Assembly: GCA_041596235.1 (NCBI GenBank)
Contig: JBFHIW010000008.1
Span: 12,277-76,276, forward strand
DNA length: 64,000 bases
From: Paracoccaceae bacterium
GTDB taxonomy: Bacteria; Pseudomonadota; Alphaproteobacteria; Rhodobacterales; Rhodobacteraceae
Direction: 5' to 3'
This document shows positions 1 to 9,083 of this stretch, piece by piece. Under the pieces are notes generated by a model. The model saw only the letters and a program-made list of their open reading frames with translations. It was not told the origin of the DNA and made no database searches. Both the position numbers and the translations under genes were made by a program. Position 1 is the first letter of the stretch; each line of letters begins with the position of its first letter.

Positions 1-756
1 ATGCCCATCCTCGCGCAGCGCCTGCGCCAGCGTTTCGGTCTTGGCGCGGGTGCCGCAATAGACGATGCCGGACTGCCCCTTGCGCGCGGCGGCAAAGGAC
101 AGGATCTGACGGCGCGGATTGTCCTTGGCGGCAAAGGCCAGATGGATATTGGGCCGGTCGAAACCGCGCAGGAATTTCTGCGGCGCCTGCCCGCCGAACA
201 GCCGCGTGACGATCTCGTCCTGTGTTTCGGCATCCGCCGTCGCGGTGAAGGCCGCCAGCGGCACGTCCAGCGCGCGGCGCAATTCGCCGATCCGCAGGTA
301 ATCGGGGCGAAAATCGTGACCCCATTGGCTGACGCAATGGGCCTCGTCCACTGCGATCAGGCTGACGCCCGCGCGCTGGAGCATCCCGAAGGACGAGTGC
401 GCCGCCAGCCGTTCCGGCGCGATATACAGCAGCTTGAGGCGCTTTTCCTCCAGCGCCAGCCAGACGGCGTCGGTTTCCTCGGGCGTGTTGCCCGACGTCA
501 GCGCGCCCGCCTCGACGCCCGCTTCGCGCAGGGCGCGGACCTGATCCCGCATCAGCGCGATCAAGGGCGAGATCACCACGGTGACCCCTTCGCGCATCAG
601 CGCGGGCAGTTGGAAGCACAGGGATTTGCCGCCCCCGGTGGGCATGATGGCCAGCACGTTGCGCCCTTGGGCCACGGCCTCCACGATCTCGGCCTGTCCC
701 GGGCGAAAGCCGTCGAATCCGAAGATGTCGCGCAGCAGCGGGACGGCGCTTTGCAT
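1..756 (-). CDS. recQ: ATP-dependent DNA helicase RecQ, N-terminal part (gene runs off the left window edge)
   Basis: Reverse-strand reading from the ATG at complement 754-756 gives MQSAVPLLRDIFGFDGFRPGQAEIVEAVAQGRNVLAIMPTGGGKSLCFQLPA...IAVDEAHCVSQWGHDFRPDY (helicase motif I and DEAH box). It is open to the window edge, so it is absent from the ORF track. The listed + ORF 1..888 is its antisense shadow. Confidence 0.9.
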   Translation of the reverse strand, partial: MQSAVPLLRDIFGFDGFRPGQAEIVEAVAQGRNVLAIMPTGGGKSLCFQLPALMREGVTVVISPLIALMRDQVRALREAGVEAGALTSGNTPEETDAVWLALEEKRLKLLYIAPERLAAHSSFGMLQRAGVSLIAVDEAHCVSQWGHDFRPDYLRIGELRRALDVPLAAFTATADAETQDEIVTRLFGGQAPQKFLRGFDRPNIHLAFAAKDNPRRQILSFAAARKGQSGIVYCGTRAKTETLAQALREDGH

Positions 757-859
757 GGGACCCCCTGTCGGTCTGTCTATATCTGCTCTTTCCTGACTAA
801 TCCCACACCATGGGTTGTTGGGCAAGAGGCGGATAGACGTCTCAGGGGTCGAAAACGTC

Positions 860-1144
860 TTATCCCAGCAGGATGGCAGGCAGAATGAAATCGCGCAGCG
901 AAATGACCGCGATGAAGGCCACAAGCGGTGCAAGGTCCAGAGGGCTGGTGTCGGGCAGCACGCGGCGGATCGGGGTATAGACCGGTTCAAGCACGCGGTT
1001 CAGCCCGGTCCAGAGCTGATAGACGAGTTGCTGGTTCAGATTCAGCACCTGAAAATTGATCAGCCAGCTCATGATGATATGGGCCAGCATGATGAAGAAG
1101 ACCACATCAAGGATGAGGGCAAGGGTCTGGTAAATCGCAATCAT
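860..1144 (-). CDS. YggT family membrane protein
   Basis: Internal Met of ORF 860..1273. MIAIYQTLALILDVVFFIMLAHIIMSWLINFQVLNLNQQLVYQLWTGLNRVLEPVYTPIRRVLP... is the typical ~95 aa two-TM YggT pattern. The upstream extension is Arg/Ala-rich and does not look coding. Confidence 0.7.
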   Translation of the reverse strand: MIAIYQTLALILDVVFFIMLAHIIMSWLINFQVLNLNQQLVYQLWTGLNRVLEPVYTPIRRVLPDTSPLDLAPLVAFIAVISLRDFILPAILLG

Positions 1145-1286
1145 TCGGTCTGGTCCTCGGGTTAGCCTGACCCACAGGTAAGCGTGTCGCGCCGTGGTGG
1201 CAAGGTCTGGCGCCATCCTGCCCCCACGTTCGGCTTGACGCGCGGCCCGGGCCACCCGAGTAACGGGGCGCAATCAAGAGGCTGCC

Positions 1287-1838
1287 ATGTATCCCGTCAT
1301 CCGCCTTGTCACCGAATTCATCCGCTTTCGTCGCGCGCCCGCGCTGCCTCTGACCGGCATGCATGTCTCGCGCCACATGTGCCTGCCGTGGGACATCGAC
1401 CTGTGGATGGAGCTGAACAACGGCCGCACGCTGACGCTTTATGATCTGGGGCGGCTGCCGCTGGCCAAGCGGGCAGGCCTGATCGGTGCGATGAAGCGCA
1501 ACGGCTGGGGCCTGACCATGGCAGGGGCCATCGTGCGCTATCGGCGTCGCATCCGCGTGTTCGAGGTGATCGAGATGCGATCCCGTGCCCTGTGCTGGGA
1601 TGCGCGCTTCATCTATCTGGAACAGTCGATGTGGAAGGCCGATGGCGAATGCGCCAATCACATCGTCTATCGCGCGGCCCTGACGGACCGGAGCGGGATC
1701 GTCGCGCCGGGAAAGGCTGCGCGCGCCATCACCGGGAACGCCGCTTCGCCGCCGATGCCTGACTGGATCGCGGCCTGGGTGGCGGCCGAGGATCTGCGCC
1801 CCTGGCCGCCGATGCAGGATAGTCCCGCCGGGGCATGA
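1287..1838 (+). CDS. hotdog-fold acyl-CoA thioesterase family protein
   Basis: 183 aa ORF with G/C-ending codons. The pattern LPWDIDLWMELNNGRTLTLYDLGR...MAGAIVRYRRRIRVFE resembles thioesterase-like (4HBT_2/DUF4442-type) proteins. Confidence 0.55.
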   Translation: MYPVIRLVTEFIRFRRAPALPLTGMHVSRHMCLPWDIDLWMELNNGRTLTLYDLGRLPLAKRAGLIGAMKRNGWGLTMAGAIVRYRRRIRVFEVIEMRSRALCWDARFIYLEQSMWKADGECANHIVYRAALTDRSGIVAPGKAARAITGNAASPPMPDWIAAWVAAEDLRPWPPMQDSPAGA

Positions 1839-1929
1839 GGGGCACTATCGAGGATTGACTTGCCACTGTCATGATTTGCTTGTCTTATCTGGCGCAATAG
1901 CCCGTCCAAAGGGCTGACCGGGGGACAGT

Positions 1930-3285
1930 ATGACAGCGATTTCCGTGCGGCGACGCATCTGGGGCTGGTTTTTCTTCGACTGGGCCAGCCAGCCCTACAA
2001 CACGCTTCTGATCACCTTCATCTTTGCGCCCTATGTCAAAGAATTGATGGGCGATGGCACGGCCGCGCAATCGGCATGGGGTTTCGGGATCGGTGCGGCG
2101 GGTTTCGTGATCGCGGTTCTGGCACCTTTCCTAGGCGCGCTGGCCGATACATCGGGCAACCGGCTGCGTTACATCTGGCTTTTCTCGGTCATGTATTTCG
2201 TGGGCGCCTTCGGGCTGTGGTGGGCGGCACCTGATGATTTCAACCTGGTGCTGACGCTGATCTTCTTCGCCATCGGCATGATCGGGATGGAGTTCGCGAC
2301 GATCTTCACCAACTCGATGCTGCCCGACCTTGGCCCGCGCGACCAGATCGGGCGCATTTCCGGCAATGGCTGGGCCTTCGGCTATCTGGGGGGGATGGTC
2401 ACGCTGATCATCATGCTGGCGCTGCTGGCTGAAAACGCCACGACCGGCAAGACCTTCATCGGGATCGATCCGATTCTGGGCCTTGATGCCGGCGCGCGTG
2501 AAGGCACCCGTGCCGTCGGGCCTTTGACCGCGATCTGGTACATCGTCTTCATGATCCCCTTCTTCCTCTGGGTGCGCGATCCCAAGCCGGTGCGCCCAGC
2601 CCCCGGCGCCGTGGCCCGTGCCCTGCGCGAGGTGGTCGGCACCGTGCGCGCCCTGCCGCAGTCGCCCTCGCTTTTCGCCTATCTCGCCTCGTCGATGTTC
2701 TACCGCGATGCGCTGAACGGGATGTATGTCTTTGGCGGCATCTATGCGGCGGGCGTTCTGGAATGGTCGGTGGTGGATACCGGCGTCTTCGGGATCGTGG
2801 CCATCATCTCGGGTACCGTCTTTGCCTGGATCGGGGGCAAGGCGGATGACCGTTTCGGCCCGATGCGGGTGATCCGTACCTGCATCCTCGTGTTGACCTT
2901 CGTGGCCATTTCCATCGTCTTCGTCTCGCGTGACAGCGTCTACGGCATGCCGGTCGATGCGGCCTCGAAGCTACCTGACATCACCTTCTACATCCTTGGC
3001 GCGCTAATCGGGGCTGCGGGGGGCGTGATCCAGGCGGCCAGCCGCACGATGATGGTGCGTCAGGCCAATCCCGACCGGATGACCGAAGCCTTCGGCCTCT
3101 ATGCGCTGGCGGGCAAGGCCACGTCCTTCATCGCGCCGCTGTCCATCGGCATCATGACGGCGGTCACGCAAAGTCAGCAGTTGGGCGTGACCCCGCTGAT
3201 CGTGCTTTTCCTTCTGGGTCTGTTCTTGCTAGGCTGGGTCAAACCGGATGGAGATGGAAAGGCATGGGCTGCACGCGCTACCTGA
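1930..3285 (+). CDS. MFS transporter, UMF1 (Atg22-like) family
   Basis: 451 aa, about 12 predicted TM segments. The N-terminal WGWFFFDWASQPYNTLLITFIFAPY signature is typical of UMF1-family MFS proteins. Confidence 0.75.
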   Translation: MTAISVRRRIWGWFFFDWASQPYNTLLITFIFAPYVKELMGDGTAAQSAWGFGIGAAGFVIAVLAPFLGALADTSGNRLRYIWLFSVMYFVGAFGLWWAAPDDFNLVLTLIFFAIGMIGMEFATIFTNSMLPDLGPRDQIGRISGNGWAFGYLGGMVTLIIMLALLAENATTGKTFIGIDPILGLDAGAREGTRAVGPLTAIWYIVFMIPFFLWVRDPKPVRPAPGAVARALREVVGTVRALPQSPSLFAYLASSMFYRDALNGMYVFGGIYAAGVLEWSVVDTGVFGIVAIISGTVFAWIGGKADDRFGPMRVIRTCILVLTFVAISIVFVSRDSVYGMPVDAASKLPDITFYILGALIGAAGGVIQAASRTMMVRQANPDRMTEAFGLYALAGKATSFIAPLSIGIMTAVTQSQQLGVTPLIVLFLLGLFLLGWVKPDGDGKAWAARAT

Positions 3286-4145
3286 CACTGACGATTGCCC
3301 TGTTTCTGAGTATGGCGCTGGCCGATATGGTCAGCGCACAGGCGGCCAAGCAGCTGTTCGGGGCGCAAAGAACGCCCGCCGCAGCCCAGCCTGCGCCATT
3401 CGGCGGCTATGCCAAGGGCTGCATCGCGGGTGCGGTGGAATTGCCGGAAACCGGGCCGACATGGCAGGCCATGCGCCTGTCGCGCAACCGCAACTGGGGC
3501 CATCCCGATACTGTCGCCTTTCTCAAGGACCTGTCGGCGCAGGCGGCGCGTCAGCCCGGCTGGAGCGGCCTTTATATCGGTGACATCAGCCAGCCGCGCG
3601 GTGGTCCGATGCTGACCGGGCACGCCAGCCATCAGATCGGGCTGGATGCCGACATCTGGATGTTGCCGCCACAACGCCTCAACCTGTCCCGCAACGAGCG
3701 CGAGAATATCTCGTCCATCTCGTTGCGCCGGGCCGAGGGCGCCTATGTCAATTCCAGCTGGACCCGCCAGCATCACGAGGTGATCAAGGCCGCCGCATCG
3801 GATCCGCGCGTGGCGCGGATCTTCGTCTTTCCCGGAGCCAAGGTGCAGATGTGCAAGGATGAACGCGGCGACCGCGCCTATCTGCGCAAGATACGGCCTT
3901 GGTACGGGCACCATTACCACTTCCATGTGCGCCTGAACTGCCCGCGCGGCGCGCGCGGCTGTCTGGATCAGGACACGCCGCCGCCCGGCGATGGTTGCGA
4001 CGAGGCGCAGGGATGGGTCAACAACATCCTGAACCCGCCCCCGCCCAAGCCGCGCGATCCGAACGCGCCCAAGCCCAAGCCGCGCCGTGACCTGACCCTG
4101 GCCGATCTGCCCGATCAATGCGCCGCCGTGTTGCGTGCGCGATAA
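3264..4145 (+). CDS. mepA: penicillin-insensitive murein endopeptidase MepA
   Basis: Signal peptide ([21 protein letters not shown]), then GYAKGCIAG...[15 protein letters not shown]...[13 protein letters not shown]...[17 protein letters not shown], the MepA LAS-metallopeptidase pattern. Confidence 0.85.
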   Translation: MGCTRYLTLTIALFLSMALADMVSAQAAKQLFGAQRTPAAAQPAPFGGYAKGCIAGAVELPETGPTWQAMRLSRNRNWGHPDTVAFLKDLSAQAARQPGWSGLYIGDISQPRGGPMLTGHASHQIGLDADIWMLPPQRLNLSRNERENISSISLRRAEGAYVNSSWTRQHHEVIKAAASDPRVARIFVFPGAKVQMCKDERGDRAYLRKIRPWYGHHYHFHVRLNCPRGARGCLDQDTPPPGDGCDEAQGWVNNILNPPPPKPRDPNAPKPKPRRDLTLADLPDQCAAVLRAR

Positions 4146-5122
4146 GACAAGTATCCCTGGATTTGCGCTTGTCCCGAAGATCAAACTCAGGCTCAGGCCT
4201 GCGCAAGGGCTTTTTGGCCCTCGCGGCACTTGCGACGCTGGGCCTTGGTCTTGGCATGGCCAGCGATGCCGGTCAGATGGATGGCGTGACCTATCTGGGC
4301 AGCTATCGCTGGCAGATGGACAGTCCCGATTTCGGCGGCTTCTCGGCCATTGAACTGGATGATGCGGGTGTGCGGTTCATCGCACTGACCGACAAGGGGC
4401 ATGTGGTCGAGGGGCGGCTGGTCCGTGATGCGGCGGCGCGACTGGTGGCGGTCGAGGCGGGCCGTCTTGTCGCGTTGCGCGACATCGAAGGTGGCCCCCT
4501 GCGCAAGCGGGCGTCGGATTCCGAAGGGTTGGCGATGACGCCGCAGGGCGGCTTTTATGTCTCTTTCGAAGGCCAGCACAGGGTACGCCATTACACCGCC
4601 GTGGATCAGCCAGCGTTGCGGGTGGTCGGGCATCCCGATTTCGCCGATATGCAGATGAATTCCTCGCTCGAGGCGCTGGCCATCGACACGCGCGGGCATC
4701 TGTTCACGCTGCCCGAACGCTCGGGCGCGCTGGACCGGCCCTTTCCGGTCTACCGTTTCGACGGGCAGGGCTGGGATATCCCCTTCAGCCTGTCCCGCAG
4801 TGCAGGGTTTTTGCCGGTCGGGGCGGATTTCGGGCCCGATGGCTGGCTTTACCTGCTGGAGCGGGCCTTGACCGGGCCGGGCTTTCGCAGCCGTGTGCGC
4901 CGCTTCGACATCGCCGGGGACCGGGTGAACGCCGAGGAGGTCCTGTTCCAGACCCGTACCGGGCAGCACGACAACCTCGAAGGGATCTCGGTCTGGCAGG
5001 ACGGGACGGGGCGCATCCGGCTGACCATGATCGCCGATGACAATTTCAAATTCTTCCAGCGTACCGAACTGGTCGAATATGCTGTCACGCCCCCTCTTGC
5101 CAGTGCGCGGAACAAGCAGTAA
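4118..5122 (+). CDS. secreted esterase-like activity of phytase family protein (start codon uncertain)
   Basis: Signal-like [16 protein letters not shown], then [27 protein letters not shown]...SEGLA...LEALAID, reminiscent of the phytase-like beta-propeller domain family. The listed ATG overlaps the mepA 3' end by 28 nt, so the true start may be further downstream. Confidence 0.5.
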   Translation: MRRRVACAIRQVSLDLRLSRRSNSGSGLRKGFLALAALATLGLGLGMASDAGQMDGVTYLGSYRWQMDSPDFGGFSAIELDDAGVRFIALTDKGHVVEGRLVRDAAARLVAVEAGRLVALRDIEGGPLRKRASDSEGLAMTPQGGFYVSFEGQHRVRHYTAVDQPALRVVGHPDFADMQMNSSLEALAIDTRGHLFTLPERSGALDRPFPVYRFDGQGWDIPFSLSRSAGFLPVGADFGPDGWLYLLERALTGPGFRSRVRRFDIAGDRVNAEEVLFQTRTGQHDNLEGISVWQDGTGRIRLTMIADDNFKFFQRTELVEYAVTPPLASARNKQ

Positions 5123-5193
5123 ACGACGGTCTTCGATCTCATCCGCCCCACACGGGGCCAAGTCGCCGCAACCTTGTAAAAACGGGCATCAAC

Positions 5194-5817
5194 ATGAACC
5201 GCACGCATCTTCCCGGCATTCTTGCCATGGCCGCCATCGTCGTGGCCTCGAACATCCTTGTCCAGTTCCTCTTCGGCCAGTGGCTGACCTGGGGCGCCTT
5301 CACCTATCCTCTGGCTTTTCTTGTCACCGATGTGATGAACCGCGTCTATGGCGTGGGTCCGGCCCGTCGCGTGGTCTTTGTCGGTTTCATCGTGGGCGTT
5401 GTCTGCTCGCTGATCGGCACGCAGATCATGGGTGAATTCGGCCCGCTGGTGACGGTGCGCATCGCCATCGGTTCGGGACTGGCCTTTCTGACCGCACAGC
5501 TGCTGGACGTGGCGATCTTCGACCGCCTGCGCGAGGGCCGCTGGTGGCGCGCGCCGCTGGCCTCGACGCTGATCGGCTCTTCGGTCGATACCGCGCTGTT
5601 CTTCACCATCGCCTTCTCGGCCAGCCTGTCCTTCATCGAACCGGCAAATGACGTGTCCTGGGCGGGTGAGGTTCTTCCGCTTCTGGGTGTCGGCCCGATG
5701 GTTCCGCTCTGGGTGTCGCTGGCCGTGGCCGACTGGGGCGTCAAACTTTTGCTCGCTTTGGTGGCACTTGTGCCCTTCCGCATCATCGTGGGGGCACTTA
5801 CCCCGCGCACCACATGA
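5194..5817 (+). CDS. yhhQ: queuosine precursor transporter (VUT family, YhhQ)
   Basis: 207 aa polytopic protein. AIVVASNILVQFLFGQWLTWGAFTYPLAFLVTDVMNRVYG...SSVDTALFF matches the YhhQ/VUT pattern. Confidence 0.8.
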   Translation: MNRTHLPGILAMAAIVVASNILVQFLFGQWLTWGAFTYPLAFLVTDVMNRVYGVGPARRVVFVGFIVGVVCSLIGTQIMGEFGPLVTVRIAIGSGLAFLTAQLLDVAIFDRLREGRWWRAPLASTLIGSSVDTALFFTIAFSASLSFIEPANDVSWAGEVLPLLGVGPMVPLWVSLAVADWGVKLLLALVALVPFRIIVGALTPRTT

Positions 5818-5825
5818 TTTTGTTT

Positions 5826-6046
5826 TTGACATCTGCTGATTTTGTGGCAACCTGATCTCAGGTGAAACAATTGAAAGGAGGTGCTCTAGTGTCTAACGGG
5901 ATATTGGAGAGAGGTGTCGGAACAGTTCGGGGGGCGCAGTCCTGAGGCAGCCCTCGGGGGATGCAACATCCGAATTGGTGTGAGCCTAACCGGCCCCACC
6001 TCCGTAAGTCTCAGAGGGCCATCCGCAAGGGTGGCCCTTTCTGTTT
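5826..6046 (+). ncRNA. candidate structured leader RNA / sRNA upstream of arfB (unknown family)
   Basis: - TTGACA at 5826-5831.
- GGAGGTG at 5877-5883 is complementary to CACCTCC at 5997-6003.
- Internal hairpins CCTGAGG/CCTCGGG (5941-5958) and GGATG/CATCC (5959-5971).
- 18-codon GTG ORF at 5889-5945.
- The element ends in the intrinsic terminator at 6016-6046, 49 nt before the arfB ATG.
- I recognised no known Rfam family. Confidence 0.4.
6016..6046 (+). terminator. rho-independent terminator (9-bp stem, GCAA tetraloop, T-rich tail)
   Basis: GGGCCATCC-GCAA-GGGTGGCCC followed by TTTCTGTTT. Confidence 0.7.
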
Positions 6047-6094
6047 GCCCGCCGTCCGCGCTATGGTCGGGCGGATCACCACCGGAACAGGTTC

Positions 6095-6517
6095 ATGCTG
6101 CGCATCAACGACGACATCGCGATCGAGGATTGGGAACTGACCGAGCAGTTCATCCGCGCCAGCGGTCCCGGCGGGCAGAACGTCAACAAGGTCTCGTCGG
6201 CGGTCGAATTGCGCTTCGAAGCGGAACGCTCGCCCAACCTGCCCGCGCCGGTCAAGACGCGGCTGCGGCGGTTGGCCGGGCGGCGCTGGACCAAGGATGG
6301 CGCGATCGTCTTGCAGGTCGATGAAACCCGCAGCCAGGTCCGCAACCGCGAGATCGCGCGCGACCGTCTGGCCGATCTGATCCGTGCCGCTCTTATCGCG
6401 CCCAAGCGGCGGGTTGCGACCAAGCCCACTTTCGGGTCGGTCAAGCGCCGCATCAAGGCCAAGAAGGTGCGCGGCGAGGTCAAGGCGATGCGCGGCAAGG
6501 TCGACGGCGAAGAGTGA
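6095..6517 (+). CDS. arfB: alternative ribosome-rescue factor ArfB (peptidyl-tRNA hydrolase, YaeJ family)
   Basis: 140 aa with the GGQ motif in SGPGGQNVNKVSSAVELRF and a basic C-terminal tail (KRRIKAKKVRGEVKAMRGKV). Confidence 0.9.
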   Translation: MLRINDDIAIEDWELTEQFIRASGPGGQNVNKVSSAVELRFEAERSPNLPAPVKTRLRRLAGRRWTKDGAIVLQVDETRSQVRNREIARDRLADLIRAALIAPKRRVATKPTFGSVKRRIKAKKVRGEVKAMRGKVDGEE

Positions 6518-6650
6518 CCCCAAGGTCACGACCGGGCTGCCTGTTGCCAGAATTTCACTTGATATGCCGGGCGATTGCCCCTATCCACCCGCTTCCTGTT
6601 TCGATACCCGCCCGTTGATCCTTTGGGCCGCTATTCTGGGGGAAGGCACG

Positions 6651-7748
6651 ATGCTGCACACGCCTTACTACCTGATCGACAAGGCACATCTGCTGCCCAA
6701 TATGGAAAAGATCGCGCATCTACGCGAAGCTTCGGGCGCCAAGGCGCTGCTGGCGCTCAAGTGCTTTGCCACATGGTCGGTCTTCGACATGATGTCCGAG
6801 TATATGGACGGCACCACGTCCTCCTCGCTGTTCGAGTTGAAGCTGGGGCGCGACAAGTTTCCCGGCGAAACCCATGCCTATTCCGTGGCCTGGGCCGATC
6901 ACGAGATCGACGAGGTGCTGGCCAATTCCGACAAGGTGATCTTCAACACCGCAGGGCAGTTGCAGCGGTTCGAGGCTGTCAGCCGTGGCCATACCCGCGG
7001 GCTGCGCGTCAATCCCGGTGTCTCGACCTCCAGCTTCGATCTGGCCGATCCCGCGCGCCCCTTCAGCCGTCTGGGCGAACATGACCCCGCAGTGATCGAA
7101 CCCGTTCTGGATATGGTCAGCGGCTTCATGTTCCACAACAATTGCGAGAATGCGGATTTCGACCGCTTCGATGCGATGCTGGGCAGTATCGAGCAGCGTT
7201 TCGGCCATCTGATCCGCAAGATGGAATGGATTTCGCTTGGTGGTGGCATCCACTTCACCGGCGAGGACTATCCGCTGGACCGTCTGGCCGAGCGCCTCAA
7301 GCGGTTCGCGGGCCAGAACGAGGTGCAGGTCTATCTTGAGCCCGGCGAGGCGGCGATCACCAAATCGACCACGCTGGAACTGACGGTTCTGGACACGCTT
7401 TTCAACGGCAAGAACCTCGCCATCGTCGACAGCTCGATCGAGGCGCATATGCTGGATCTTCTGATCTACCGCGAAAGCGCCAAGGTCGCCCCGAACGCAG
7501 GCCCCGAGGAATGGATGATCTGCGGCAAATCCTGTCTGGCCGGTGACATCTTCGGCGAGTTCCGCTTTCCGCAGCCGCTGAAAGCAGGCGACCGCATCAG
7601 CATTCAGGACGCGGCCGGTTACACGATGGTCAAGAAGAACTGGTTCAACGGCGTCAAGATGCCCGCCATCGCCATCCGCGAACTGGATGGCACAGAACGG
7701 CTGGTGCGGGATTTCGGCTACGACGATTTCGTGGCCGCCCTCTCGTGA
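6651..7748 (+). CDS. nspC: carboxynorspermidine decarboxylase
   Basis: Internal Met of ORF 6384..7748, preceded by GGGGGAAGG. MLHTPYYLIDKAHLLPNMEKI...ALKCFATWSVFD...GTTSSSLFE...CGKSCLAGDIFGEF matches NspC. Confidence 0.9.
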   Translation: MLHTPYYLIDKAHLLPNMEKIAHLREASGAKALLALKCFATWSVFDMMSEYMDGTTSSSLFELKLGRDKFPGETHAYSVAWADHEIDEVLANSDKVIFNTAGQLQRFEAVSRGHTRGLRVNPGVSTSSFDLADPARPFSRLGEHDPAVIEPVLDMVSGFMFHNNCENADFDRFDAMLGSIEQRFGHLIRKMEWISLGGGIHFTGEDYPLDRLAERLKRFAGQNEVQVYLEPGEAAITKSTTLELTVLDTLFNGKNLAIVDSSIEAHMLDLLIYRESAKVAPNAGPEEWMICGKSCLAGDIFGEFRFPQPLKAGDRISIQDAAGYTMVKKNWFNGVKMPAIAIRELDGTERLVRDFGYDDFVAALS

Positions 7749-7809
7749 TCGCTTGCGCCGCAGAGGCGCTTTCCTGCAACTGGAACCTTAAAGGAGGTCT
7801 GGTGACACC

Positions 7810-9048
7810 ATGAAACGCAACGTGCTTATCATCGGCGCCGGTGGCGTGGCTCAGGTCGTCGCGCATAAATGCGCGCAGAACAACGAGGTGCTGGGGGATC
7901 TGCATATCGCCAGCCGGACGGTCGCGAAATGTCAGGCGATCCTCGACTCTGTCCATGAAAAAGGTGCGATGAAACAGCCGGGCGTGTTCAAGGCCCATGC
8001 GCTTGACGCGCTGGATACCGCTGCCGTAGCGCAGCTGATCCGCGACACGGGTTGCCAGATCGTGATCAACGTGGGCTCCCCCTTCGTGAACATGTCGGTG
8101 CTGCAGGCCTGCATCGAAACAGGTGCGGCCTATATGGACACGGCCATTCACGAAGATCCCGCCAAGATCTGCGAGACCCCGCCCTGGTATGGCAATTACG
8201 AATGGAAACGCCGCGAGGCCTGCGAAAAGGCGGGCGTCACGGCCATCCTTGGCATCGGTTTCGATCCGGGCGTGGTCAATGCCTACGCGCGGCTTGCGGC
8301 GGATGACTACATGGATACCGTCACTTCGATCGACATCGTGGACATCAACGCAGGGTCGCACGGGCGCTGGTTCTCGACCAATTTCGACCCGGAAATCAAC
8401 TTCCGCGAATTCACCGGCACGGTCTACAGCTGGCAGAACGGCGCATGGCAGACCAACACCATGTTCGAAGTGGGCCGCGAATGGGATCTGCCCGTCGTGG
8501 GCAAACAGAAAGCCTACATGACCGGCCATGACGAGGTGCATTCATTGGCCGCCAACTATCCGGGTGCCGATGTGCGCTTCTGGATGGGCTTTGGCGATCA
8601 CTACATCAACGTCTTCACCGTCCTGAAGAACCTCGGCCTGCTGTCGGAACAGCCGGTGAAAACCGCCGAGGGTCTTGAGGTGGTGCCGCTCAAGGTCGTC
8701 AAGGCCGTGCTGCCCGACCCCTCCAGCCTTGCGCCGGATTATGTGGGCAAGACCTGCATCGGCGATCTGGTGAAGGGCACCAAGGATGGCAAACCCGTTG
8801 AGGTGTTCATCTACAACGTCGCCGATCACAAGGACGCCTATAATGAGGTCGGCAGCCAGGGCATTTCCTATACCGCAGGCGTGCCCCCGGTCGCCGCCGC
8901 CATGCTGATCGCCAATGGCACCTGGGACGCCGGCACCATGGTCAATGTCGAGGAACTGGACCCCAAGCCGTTCCTGACGCTTCTGGACCAGATCGGTCTG
9001 CCCACCCGCGTCAAGGATGCGGCGGGCGACCGTGCGTGGAACGCGTAA
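7810..9048 (+). CDS. carboxynorspermidine synthase/dehydrogenase (saccharopine dehydrogenase family)
   Basis: 412 aa with Rossmann motif VLIIGAGGVAQVVAHK, and ...GFDPGVVNAY...TGHDEVHSL... typical of CANSDH. It lies adjacent to nspC. Confidence 0.85.
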   Translation: MKRNVLIIGAGGVAQVVAHKCAQNNEVLGDLHIASRTVAKCQAILDSVHEKGAMKQPGVFKAHALDALDTAAVAQLIRDTGCQIVINVGSPFVNMSVLQACIETGAAYMDTAIHEDPAKICETPPWYGNYEWKRREACEKAGVTAILGIGFDPGVVNAYARLAADDYMDTVTSIDIVDINAGSHGRWFSTNFDPEINFREFTGTVYSWQNGAWQTNTMFEVGREWDLPVVGKQKAYMTGHDEVHSLAANYPGADVRFWMGFGDHYINVFTVLKNLGLLSEQPVKTAEGLEVVPLKVVKAVLPDPSSLAPDYVGKTCIGDLVKGTKDGKPVEVFIYNVADHKDAYNEVGSQGISYTAGVPPVAAAMLIANGTWDAGTMVNVEELDPKPFLTLLDQIGLPTRVKDAAGDRAWNA

Positions 9049-9057
9049 ACTGCATCA

Positions 9058-9083
9058 TCAGGCAGGCCCCACGGCCTGCCTGA
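9058..9083. terminator. 11-bp GC-rich hairpin at a convergent gene junction (possible bidirectional terminator)
   Basis: TCAGGCAGGCC-CCAC-GGCCTGCCTGA starts 10 nt after the CANSDH stop and lies inside the last codons of the convergent ABC ATPase gene. There is no clear T-run. Confidence 0.35.

Noticed and set aside
1-888. Listed + strand ORF of 295 aa at the left edge.
   Set aside because: It is the antisense shadow of recQ. The reverse strand gives textbook helicase motifs (GGGKS, DEAH), whereas this frame gives Arg/Gln/Gly-rich sequence with no motifs.
5123-5193. Possible preQ1 riboswitch upstream of yhhQ.
   Set aside because: yhhQ is often preQ1-controlled. The 71-nt spacer shows only a vague CCTTGTAAAAACGGG stretch. 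I could not fold a preQ1-I or preQ1-II pseudoknot with the conserved loop and A-tail nucleotides.
5850-6010. Whether the yhhQ-arfB RNA is SRP RNA, 6S RNA, a tmRNA piece, or a cobalamin, TPP, ykkC, ZTP or c-di-GMP riboswitch.
   Set aside because: - The diagnostic motifs are absent: GGUCCGGAAGGAAGCAGC, the tRNA-like T-arm/CCA, the ANDN tag codons, the B12 box, the THI box, and others.
- It is kept as an unknown structured RNA in the findings instead.
5914-6324. Listed 136-aa + ORF overlapping the leader and arfB.
   Set aside because: It is out of frame with arfB and overlaps it. It runs through the intrinsic terminator, and its product is low-complexity Ser/Gly/Arg/Pro sequence.
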